Origin: the human T2T-CHM13v2.0 reference genome, Homo sapiens
NCBI RefSeq assembly: GCF_009914755.1
Contig: NC_060925.1
DNA length: 64,000 bases
Direction: 5' to 3' (one strand)
The stretch's first letter is position 1. Every line of letters starts with the position of its first letter. Made by a program: the position numbers and the translations under genes. Below, piece by piece: positions 52,711 through 64,000 of this stretch. A model generated the notes under the pieces. It did no database searches and was not told the DNA's origin. It saw only the letters and a list, made by a program, of their open reading frames with translations.

Positions 52711-55389
52711 CACTGAGACCTCTGTCCTCACGTTCTTCCTGTTCTCAGTCCACTAATCCAGGTGGAGATATTCAAGTTCTTTTCATTATCCAGATGAGAC
52801 CCCAGAGAGGAAAAATACGTTTCTGAAAGGACCTTAATCATTTACATAATAGGAGCTACATTTTTTCTCTTTGGAGTTATATTATCTCTGTGAAAAAAAT
52901 AAACGCTTGGGCATTTTAAATGTCTGACCTTCTTAAGCAGGTTATTAAATACCCCTACTTAGTCATTGGCAAGTCACAATTATAGTCATAGAGCATTCGA
53001 CTTTCCTTACCCTGACATAGCAATAAAGTAAGAAATGAACTGGTCAAATTTCTCACATGCAGCCACAAAGATACTAATTCATTCATTTGAGAGACCCTAA
53101 AGGAAGGAAAATTGGAAGATATGACCAATTTTCTGGGGAGCAATGGCTATGCTAAATTCACATTATTCTTAAGTGGGAGGTGTTTGCTAATAGCACTTAC
53201 CCCACTGAAGGCCCCTTTCAATCAATAACAGGAAAATTATTAAGTACCCACTCTGCAAATCACAGCATTAAGTACCAGGTTGGGGAAACAATACAGAAAC
53301 ATTAAAAGCAGTTTTACAAGACTGTCTTCATTAGAAATATTAAAACCACGCTCCTTAGCTATTCTGAGTTTTTATATATGGACTGTATTGTCTATCTAAA
53401 ATGAAAAATTCATTCTATTAAAATAACTGAAGGTCACAGAGAGTTTTTTTTAATAGCCTCAACCTGTTAAGAAGATTAAAGTGGAGCTGAACCTGCAAAA
53501 TCTTCTATCAGGCAGTTCTGCCGAGGATTTCAGTAGTACACTTTACCTCTTCATAATAAATTAGTTCCCTGGTTCTGAAAATTTTGACATTGACCAGCAT
53601 GATGATCATACTTGGTTTCCTGCTCTTTGAGACAGTTGTCCTGTCTCATTCATGATTAGTGTACAACTGTCATGCTGATGTTAGAACAGAAAGCCAGCAA
53701 AGTGTCCCCTGTTTCTGGCCTGAGGTCTAGGCCAAAATGGAAGGAATAGGTTTCTAGAGAGGACATAAATGTACAGAATTCATGTTAGAATTCTACTGAT
53801 GGGAAAGCTGGAGAGCAGGTGTGTTACCTTCTATTCCAAGCATGTCACCATGCAAGGAGTACCTAGTTGGTGAAAATATCATTTTGCTTGGATTCAGCAT
53901 ATCTGGGGTGCTGCTGTTTTTACCAGTAATGCTGATGCAGTGTATCGCTGATGAGCCCTTAATACGGGCTACATTCTGAGCTAGCTACTCCACATGCACA
54001 AGCTCATGTCATTCACACAACAGTCCTAGGAAGTGGGTACTATTGTTAATCACATTTTACAGATGAGTAAACAAAGGCTCTGAGCATTTAGGTAACTTTT
54101 CTGAGATTACACAGCTAGTTGGTGGTTAAATCAGTTAGAGGGGAGTTATTGATAACACAGCTAGTCAATGGTTAAATACGTTGAAAGGGAGTTACTATTA
54201 TGTCACAAAACTGATGTTCCTAACCACTATGCTACTCAAGTCTTGGTTGTGCCACTCAATAACCACGTGATCTTGAGCATTTAATGTCTCTGGGTCTCTG
54301 TTCTATCATTTTTAAAATGGAAAGCATAATACCCACCTGGCAGGATAATTAGGAAAATTGATAAGATGCATTGTTTTTGTTTAACAAAGTACTATACATA
54401 TGAAAGGTTTTAAATTATCCATGCTTTGAAGTTGCATTCAAATTAAAGAAGAATGAAAGGAAGAGACCAAGAAGGTATTGCATCCAAGATGCATTTGTTT
54501 CTCATTTCTGGTAACTTCCTGGTCTCTAAAGTGGCCTCTTGGGTGTCTGGTGGTGACTATACTTAGAAGCTTCTTGTATCTCTATCAGACTCACTGATAA
54601 TGTAGTTTCTTCCTCTTATGGCCATAATGGTCCAAAACACACAGTTGTTTCTGAATATGTCTGTCATACAAAGGCCAATAGGTTTAAAATAGATAAACAT
54701 TGGGCAACATTTGCTTTGCTCAAGATTGAAGCCTTTCACTCCCCAGAGAGGAATGGAACCCTGAGTGTCAGCTGCACTTCCCTGGGTGCAAAAGTAGATT
54801 CTAGAACAAGACTTCTCATCTGACTGGAGTAACCAAATGGGGAACTAACAAGAACAGCGGAAAGTCTTGAGCCCCACAAAAAGAAGGGTTGCTATGCGTG
54901 GACAATTTTAAAACCTGAAGCATAAGTTAAATAGTTCCCTGGAGCAGGAAAATGAGTAACAGAATAGAAAAGTTAAAGAATATTCACTCATTTATTTTTG
55001 CATTCAGTGCTTCACAACCAGTCCATGAGCTCTTCTAGCTACAAGCCCTTGTGCTGGAATTATGGAGGTGAAATAATAAAACTCCTGCCTTCCAGTAATT
55101 CACAAGAAATAGAAGAATAGAAGAAAGAGAAGAGTTCGGCACTTCCTATGCAAAGCATCCTGTAGCAAAGGCAATGGTAGAATTGCAAAAATGTTCTAGT
55201 AGGGTGATGGAAGAAACGGGAGCAACATTTATACCTACATAGACTCTACCCTGAAGCAATATAACATGTTGCTATGTTAGAGTCTAATAGAAAATCTTAG
55301 GTGATATGTAAATGTTAACCTAAGGTATGCTTGGTATTATCCTAGTATTAGAAAGATTCCTCAATTAATGCATATCCATTTGCTCTCAG

Positions 55390-55790
55390 TACACATATAC
55401 ATAAATATGCACACACACACACACACACATATAGAGATAATAGAGAAAAAGATATGGAATATATATATCATATATATGATATGATATGTATCACACATAT
55501 ATTCTATATCATATGTGTGATATGTTGACATACTGATATAGCATACATACTATATATTGTATATCAGCTATATCACATTTATATATGATCTATATCATAT
55601 ATATTATATATGATCATAACCTACAGTATGATATATATCATAGGTTTTCATATATGATATATAATGTTTTTGTATATGATATATATGAAATATGGAATAT
55701 GAATGATATATGGCATATCATAGATATTTCATATCACATATATAAAGAGAAAAAGAACTCTGTGTGTATGTGTGTGTGTGTGTATGCGTT
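55390..55790. repeat. (CA)n, degenerate (TA)/(TATGA) low-complexity tract, and (TG)n
   Basis: Direct inspection. Confidence 0.9.
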
Positions 55791-57027
55791 TATGCATGAG
55801 CTCTGGAATAAGCCTTCTAGATCTTAGTTATAACCTCAGCACAATGTGTGACTTTAGGCAGGTTACCTAACCTAAGACTTAGTTTCCTCCTCTGAAAACT
55901 GGAATAATAATGGCAGCTCTTTCACAGGGCTGTGGTCAAGATTAAAGTCAAACACTTAGTATAGTGCATGCAAAGCACTCAAATATAAGCAACTGTTGTC
56001 CAACTTCATGCATCCTCTGCTTGTAACATGGCTGTGTTTTACTTAGTTCTTGCCTGCTTTGGAGAAGTTTCAGTTGTGGCATTCTTGTCTTCTTCCACAT
56101 AAAAATCTGACAATTTGATTCTGCTGAGAGTTGCTACATGGTCTCCCTTCCTTGTCAGCAGGGATGATAAGCAGTGTTTTCTCTGCTGGTACGGAGCAAG
56201 ACAATGATTTGGAAGCATCATGCCACTGCGTTGCTGTACACCCTTTGCCTCTACCAGAGCCCATTATTAAAGCTGACTTGTTGAGACTAATGGTCTGCCT
56301 GCCAGTGTACTCCTGGGGGTTCTGTGTCAACACTGATGGGAGATGTGGCAGAAAATCTTTTATCCTCTCTTTTATTAAAGGATTTGTAAATCATAGCATT
56401 TCTGCCAATTTGACATATAATTTCAAACTTCCTGAGAAAAGAATGGAGAAGCTGAGAATTCCAGGGGGAAACTGCTTCATCTTTGGATGGTTCTGAGCCT
56501 TCAACATGCAATCGCTGGCTGATGACCTCTATAGCGTTTGTTTCTATTATGTCTTTTGAGAAGAGCTGTCCACAGACTTTGGCTGCCTACCCTATTTCAA
56601 AATACTGTTCTTATTAACCTCTGACATAAATGAATGAAGAAAGTATACTAGTGATTCAAAGAGATTTTATTAAGACTCAGGAGAATCTCCCACTTATAAT
56701 CCTTTTTATGTGTCTGCTGTGGATATATTTAATCAGCACCACATATACTCCAAACAAATTTTAGACAATTACTTGTGAAAGGCTTTTGCAAACTATAAAG
56801 TACTATTCAAAAGTAATCATTTCCTAAGATAATAGTTAGTATTAATGAATATTTAATATGTGCTAGACATGTGCTAAGAATTTTATATTAATTGCTTCAT
56901 TTATTAAATCAAAGATTGGCTGAGAGACATTAACATAAGGCATTAACATAAGTCACTGTCCTTAAGATTTGAACCTTTTTATGTCTTCAACTATTCTGCA
57001 CTGTGTGTGTAATCATTTCTGCTACAG

Positions 57028-57111
57028 CGTGGACTGTCAGCAGACAAAAAAATTTCATGGACTTTGTGTTCTCTTCTGCTGACTTTGCCGTACCAAGTCA
57101 CCAGGACACAA
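57028..57111 (+). CDS. Candidate 84-nt cassette exon (AWTVSRQKNFMDFVFSSADFAVPSHQDT), phase 1-1
   Basis: About 60 nt of AG-free tract, then tttctgctacag|CGTGGACTG...GACACAA|gtaaat. Open in the SGIP1 frame. Prediction only. Confidence 0.4.
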
Positions 57112-57673
57112 GTAAATATGGCCTTGGGGCTTCTTTTCTTGCTGACGCATATTCACACAGGCAGCGTGTGCTGTGTGTGTTTACAACTGTGTTTCTTAGT
57201 CTTCTATTCAGAGTAATAACAGCATGACTTCCCCTAAGATCTGATTCAGAGAATTGAAATATGCCCTGAGAAAACATAAGAGGTTTTTCTGGAGAAGTGT
57301 CCCAAGGGTAATATTAATTGTTCAAGGATGTTTCGGAAAAGTTGCAATCATCACTGTGGCAAATGAATCTAGGGAGAGGAAGCATGAGTTATTTAATGTC
57401 AGTTACTCCTTTCCTTAGGTTTTTGCCTTTTTTTGGACTTTACACACAGCCCATTTGCTATGAAACTATCAGCTCAAATAGCAGGCTTTCAGGCAGGCAA
57501 ACAATGGCAGACTGCATTCTTCCTACTTCTCCAATCATATTTATCAGTCCCATTGGGAGAATAACTTTCAGTAGTGCTCAAAATTACCAGCATCCAATTT
57601 GTAACTGCAAGGAACCATTCAAGAAATAAACACTTCAAGAAAAGAAATAAACCATTCAAGGAAAGAACACTTA

Positions 57674-57950
57674 TGGGTTCTCACTCATAAGTAGGAGTTG
57701 AACAATGAGAACACATGGACACAGGGAGGTGAACAACACACACTGGGGCCTGTCGGGAGTTGGGAGGCAAGGAGAGGGAGAGCATTAGAACAAATACCTA
57801 ATGCATGTGGGGCTTAAAAACTGGGTGACGGGTTGATGGGTGCAGCAAACCACCATGGCACATGTTTACCTATGTAACAAACCTACACATTCTGTACATG
57901 TATCCCGGAACTTAGAGTAAAATTTAAAAATAAATAAATAAATAACAAAA
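57674..57950 (+). mobile_element. L1PA 3' end fragment
   Basis: ttctcactcataagtaggagttgaacaatgagaacacatggacacaggga...aacttagagtaaaa plus A-rich tail. Confidence 0.92.
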
Positions 57951-58169
57951 TGTTTCTGAATTCCAGTTATATTAAAACAAAAACAAAACAAAACAAAAAA
58001 ACTTCTTCATTACTTTGGTTCACAATTTATTTCTTTTTAATGAATTACTGTTTTTGGTAAAATCTGAAATTTTTTTGTTATAATTTGCTTCTTGCTATCA
58101 AACCATTTATTTTAATTTGGTCACTCATCTTTATTACCTTTATCTCACATTTTCATCAAATATTTTTAA

Positions 58170-58380
58170 TTTTGAATATATTTTATATTATACATAAAAT
58201 ATAAACTATATATTATATAATATGTAAAATATTATAAATAAATATTTATACTATAAAATATATTTATATATTTATAATATAAAATAGTTATATATAAAAT
58301 AAATATATATGATATAATTTATATAGAGATACACATTTATATAAATATAAATAATAAATATTTTAATAAATATTTATGAC
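58170..58380. repeat. AT-rich low-complexity tract
   Basis: Nearly pure A/T (TA-rich). Confidence 0.9.
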
Positions 58381-60817
58381 AGTTGATATTTTAATCTAAA
58401 TATTATCTTTTCTCTTTAATAAATAAATGTAAAGATGACAAAAGAAAAAAGAAAAAGGAAAAATGTAGAAATCTCAATATTTAAAATTCCAAAGTAATTA
58501 TCAATATGTACTTATATTTTTTCCTCAGTATGAAAGTAACACATACACATTATAGAAAACTTGGAAAAACAGAAAGGTATTTTTAAAAAGATCTATAATC
58601 AAATAGCTGTAGATGACCACTATTATCATTTTGATGTTTTTCAGTTCTGAGATTTTGCATGTGAATGTGAGTCTGCGTGTGTGCATGTATAGTTTATATT
58701 ATCACACAGTGTATAATTATGCATCCTTTTATTTTAACATACGCTAATATTCCCTTTGACACTTCAAAGTATTTACAAATAGCTCACAGTTGGCTTTATT
58801 GTGATCATGACATTAATTTAAGCATATTATTACTTTTAAAAATTCAAATATGGGAAAGTATAAATAAAAGAGTAAATATCACCCCAAAATCACACTATTC
58901 AGAGAGTAGTAGAAATAACATTTTTGATGTTTTGGTGAAAATTCTTGATGAAACCCTGTCTGCATGTATCTACACACACACGCATGGGCACACATACACA
59001 CACAAATATGTGTGCTGCATTTACTTGATCCCAAGAAGCCATACACTGGGTTATGCTCCATTGTTTTCACAACTTTTTGGGCACGAAATAAACTTTGTCA
59101 AGTGTAGAAAAGCATTTTTTTTTCTAACCAATAATAATAGACAAAGTGCTGGCCACTATCTTCAGTATAACCATCAGAAACTGAGCCTAAATCTATTTCA
59201 TATTCAGAATCTGCAGACACATCTGAATCACTTCTGGCCATCAGCAGTTACAATTAATATCATAGTGGCATGATGATTTTTCTATACCACATATTTATAA
59301 CCTTGACCTCTTTATACTCTTTGCATTGATAGTTTAATTTTGTGACACATCAAAAATTCCAGAATTTTATCTGCATTAGCTTTCCAGAATTTACTTATAA
59401 ATTATTGCAAAGTAAATAATTTCCTTGAAAGTCAACAAGAAATTTTTGACAGATACAGTTATAGCACCTGAGTGTTCCTTTAGGATGCATGTCAGTCATA
59501 ACCTACTTGTTTCATCTTTCAAAATTCTGTATCTTAGATTCCAAAGAATGTGACAGTTTCTCCCACCAGCAGTTGCATAGTCTGGTAGATGACTGTTAAT
59601 TTTCCAAGAGAGTTGATGAGTTGTCCAGGGGCATTCACATCTTTGGCCCTTTTAAGCCTGTAGATTAGTGCTTCTCAAACTTTTTTTTCATTATCCCTCT
59701 TTCCTTGCCCAGAGAGCCTCTGTTAGACCTTGTTTTTCCCTAATTGCTCCCCAAGTCGAATTCTAATATCATAGAGGTACTGTACATCTGGTCATGTGCT
59801 ATATGTATATTTGTGTGCTTTATATATTTAACAAGTAAGATTTCTTTCACCTTCCCCAAAGAACCAATTTTTATCCCCTTTGGGGTGATACTTCTGCTTT
59901 GAGAATGCATGCCATGCCTGCAGCTAGATCTCGGATCACAACTTCCTAGGATGTAGGGGCAAACATCTTTAACACAGGGTAGGGTTTAAGAATACAATGG
60001 AAGTTAGACCTGGTTTTCAGTCCCAGCTCCCCTACTTACTATAGAGCAAATTACCTTGAGCAAGTTATTTAATTTCACTAAGGTTTAATTTAAAAGAGTG
60101 TACCTCAAAGAGATGTTTTGAGATTAGAAGACATGAGGCATGTAATGTGTTTAGCACAGCGGCCATCGTATACAAGTGCTTTACATAAATTAGCTTTTGA
60201 TATATTTATTCATATTCTTCATAGTGCCATGCTATAGCTGCCTGTTTCCAATGCTTGATCAAACTCTCACCACTGTCTATGTGAAAGTGTTTAAAATTTG
60301 GCTGTATGAGTCTTCATACTAAGACAAAGAAAATCCTAAGTTTTTAGACTGAGGAAATCAATTTGAGCAAGTGTACATTCACTTTTCTTTCATTTGTATT
60401 ATGACTTTGTCTTCTGTCTTATGTTCATATTTAACAATAGTATTTTTGTTGAATACATGTGTTCTGACTTGGATAATAAAAAGCAAGTATAATATTCTCA
60501 TCTTCTGAGTCAAACATTTTAGGAAGTTAATTCAATTGGGCATTAATTTTGGATGACAGTTTAGGTGCTCTAGGCAAAGACCCAGGTTGAAGAAAAATTC
60601 TCTACAAAACATGAAGAAAAATGTCAGTTGATTGTATGTTCCTGAACTGAGCAGAATTTGAAAAGCAAAAAAAATATATATGCACATGACATACATATAT
60701 AACCAGGGCAAGTGAGCAGAGACTTATGAAGAGGAAGACTGGAAATAACTCTAATCCTATTTACATACTCAGAAATCCAGTACTCTCAGTTCTACGCTAT
60801 GAGAACTGACTTTCTTA

Positions 60818-61134
60818 TTTATTTATGTATTTATTTTGGGCATCCATGCATGTTTATCAATCATTCGAATTTTTTTTTCTGTTTGTTTTTGTTTGTTTTG
60901 TTTTCTTTACTGTTATACTTTAAGTTCTGGGATACATGCGCAGAGTTCTGGGATACATGCGCAGAACGTGCATGTTTGTTACATAGGTATACATGTGCCA
61001 TGGTGGTTTGCTGTACCCATCAACCCATCATCTACATTAGGTATTTCTTGTAATGTTATCCCTCCCCCAGCCCCCCACCCCCGACAGGCCCCAGTGTGTG
61101 ATGTTCCCCTGCCTGTGTCCATGTGTTCTCATTG
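60818..61134 (-). mobile_element. Short L1PA 3' end insertion with TSD and probable 3' transduction
   Basis: Antisense L1 3'UTR at 60905-61134. Direct repeat GAGAACTGACTTTCTTA at 60801-60817 and 61135-61151. Confidence 0.92.
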
Positions 61135-61254
61135 GAGAACTGACTTTCTTAAGTACACTTTCCTCATTTTCATGAAGGAGAACATGTAGCACTCTGAAAA
61201 GCATGTAGCAAGGATAACTCACCCAGTGCTACCATGGGTAAGGACGAGGCCTAT

Positions 61255-61492
61255 GGGGCTCTTATATGGAAAAGTGTGGAGTCAAGTGAATCTAGATTTG
61301 AATTCTGACTCCACCATTTACTGGCTGCAAAAACATGGGTAAACGGTTCTCTCCTCTCAGACTCAGTTTCTTGATCTATAATATGTAGTAATGCCTATCT
61401 GGACACATGGTTGTAGTCATAATTAAATGATGCATTATGTGTAAAGCATAAAAGACAGTACCTAGCTCATAGCAAGTACTCAATAATATTGT
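61255..61492 (+). mobile_element. MIR SINE relic
   Basis: ggagtcaa...tttgaattctgactccaccatttactggctg...ctcagtttcttgatctataa...gtaaagca...agtactcaataa. Confidence 0.7.
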
Positions 61493-64000
61493 TCCTCCCC
61501 TTTTGAGGTTTGCCCTTTTTCCTCTGTATTCTCACTCAGCAGGTCAATTGGTGCTACTTACCTCAGGACAGGAGAAGCCAAGGCAGCACTTAACAGAAGC
61601 TTCTTGACTTTTTTAAGCTTCAGTTTGTCAGCTGTAAAATGGGGATAACAATACATCTTTCTTAAAAGTGTGAGGATTTAATAAGGGAATGCGTGTGGAA
61701 CACTTAGCACAGTCCCCAGAATTCAGAAAGTATATGTTCTTTTAGTTCTCATCGTAGCATTGTTATTAATTAGATTAGGTGATAGTATAAGACTATCAAA
61801 ACACTCAAGAAAACATTACATAGAGATACATTTTTATATGCAGCATGCACACACACAATTTACACACATATAAGATATATTTTATATAATATTTTATATA
61901 ATCTAAGCCAACTACAATCATAATATTCCAAGATTTAGAGAAAAGGGAAAAAATTAAAAATTTATATGTAGTAACTTTATTTTGACTTCTTTTCTCCCAA
62001 ACCTATTCTAAACATTTTTGAAAAGTTTTTGCTATCATAAAAAGTAACTTTATTAATCATCACTTCAGCTAAGATTCACAATGTCACAGGAGCACACTTA
62101 CCTTTTCAAGTTAAGCTCTCATGATACAGTTCTTTCTACTGAACTATATAGAAAGAATTTCTACATTTCTTTTTATTATTTCCTCATTTACTAAATGCAT
62201 CTGGTGCTGAGGAGAGCCTGAAACTGTATGTTACATGACACGACTGTAAGGCAAATTCTTCTTCACTGCTAATGATAATGGCTGCCAAGTTATCGAGTTT
62301 TTACTGTGTGTCAGGTACTGTAATTTACATAAACTAATGAAACTCTTTGTCCCAGTGTTCACTATTGGTCACCTTGCAGTTACTGGATTCTGAAGACAAG
62401 CAGAGACCACAGCAACATGAAAGTATTTACTTATAACCTTAGTCCTCATTCTGATACACTTTTTCCCAAATTAACACTAGTGTCCATCCCCACCCATTAC
62501 ATGAATGCAGAACCCAATAAATTTTCCCATAAACATCTGGTCATATAAACAATGGATATACCATGCAAATACAGTGCATATTTATTGCAAGTGAAATTGC
62601 CAGTCTTAGGAAGGATATAGGATTCCATGAAGTCAGTGAAACTGATGATGTAAAGCTTTTCATCACACCTAAAGTCATTGTCAGTTTAGAATTTAACAGA
62701 AATTAAAATTATTAATTACTAAAGAAGAGGGAAAAACATAAGCTTACATCAGAGCCACTTCAAAAGAAAGACAAGAAACTAAGAGACCCTCGGAATAATG
62801 TATAAAACTCTCAATTAATTCTGCAATAATGGCTCCATTTATGATCTTGAATCAAAGCCAAACCTAAATCTTGGGTGGTGTGTAAAGCTATTAACATAAT
62901 TTTATCAGAAAAATATACCCTTCCCAAAAATATCAACACAAACTATTTTTATTCATTCCAAGAACTCAATTATTAATGTAGCTTAAACTTTGTTAATAAA
63001 ATATCCTTTCACAACTTTAGTTTATGACAGCTTAGAATCTTAATCAAACCTTTCTATCATTATGTACTATGAAATTTTAGTATCCATTTAAAGTACCTTA
63101 ATTGTTAAATGATTTCTCTGTTATTGACTATCCTCAAATAACAAGAACATAGAACATCCTATATCATCATATTTAATCCTCCCAATGTCTGTAAAAGGTA
63201 CTATCTTCATTATACAACATGATGAAGCTGAAACTCAGAGAGGTCAGATAATTTTTCAGGGTCACAGGGTAAGGGTAAAACCCAGATTCAAAATTAATTC
63301 AATCTCTTTCCAACATTCTTTCCCTTTGTCACTGCATTATGTATAACATATTCTATAAATTACTGTAGAATTGGGTCTCATTTATCTTTTCCTAATTCTA
63401 ACTAATATAATCAGCTTTTAAAGAAAAAGCTAGTCTAATTTTCACTCTTTGCTGCTTCATACATCTTCTGGAGCATCGTCTGTCTTCTATGCACTCTGAG
63501 ACTTTCTGATGTCTCCATCTGTTGGTTATATCCCTGCATTGTCATCCCTGGGCATAAGGGTCATTTGCCTCCTGCCTGCAGCAGATCTGGTAGGGTGGGC
63601 AGTTGTTTGGCCTGATAGCCTGCAAAATGGGGACAGTCTTTAAACAAATCAGACCACTCTCTCCTGCTGCCCATGCTTCAGATTGTGTTTTCGGGGTGAC
63701 TGTTTCCAACCTCAGATGAAGAGAAGGTAAAATATGCAGTTCTTATGGCATCTGGCATTAGTGGTGCAGATCCTTCCTTGGATAAGATTGAGAGCACTGG
63801 TATTATTGTCCTAATTTAGCAGAGGTGAAGCTAGAATCATTGACCAGCTCAGGTCAAATATTGAAGAAGCACAGTCAAGACTGAAGCCTACACCCTCTGA
63901 CACCCTCCTAGACTCCTTATTGCAGATTTTTGTTATCTGAATTTAAGCAGGTTACTTAAGCACTCTAGCTTTCCCCATCTGTAAGAAAGAGACGTTTAAA

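Noticed and set aside
58677-59273. 198-aa ORF
   Set aside because: Non-ATG start, AT-rich low-complexity or old-repeat-like sequence, and no recognisable domain.

Overview
This is primate (human-like) genomic DNA lying entirely within the + strand SGIP1 gene (SH3GL-interacting endocytic adaptor 1, muniscin/FCHO family). I recognised it from the spliced translation RKSP|RRSP|GAIKRNLS|SEEVARP...|...[11 protein letters not shown]...|...[27 protein letters not shown]...|GASSPARP...|SRPFSPP...|[21 protein letters not shown]. The window holds 11 exons of the reference-type isoform: two 12-nt microexons, then exons of 25, 52, 86, 93, 75, 501, 128, 127 and 60 nt. All have GT-AG boundaries with matching phases. 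There is also a well-supported alternative 66-nt exon. Together they encode the linker and proline-rich region; the N-terminus and mu-homology domain lie outside the window. The rest is intron with Alu, L1, L2, MIR, Tigger3, MER3, MADE1 and MLT relics plus simple repeats. The most interesting signal is a possible combinatorial array of frame-preserving phase-1 cassette exons or microexons (15, 66, 60, 30/27 and 84 nt) just before the mu-homology domain, several carrying AP2-type short motifs. Also notable are an exon-like, CpG/Arg-retaining 114-nt segment whose acceptor was hit by an L1 insertion, a short L1 with a 3' transduction, and a ~500-nt purine tract upstream of a microexon. No prokaryotic-type systems, tRNA or rRNA were seen. 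Repeat boundaries and subfamilies were called by eye and are approximate.
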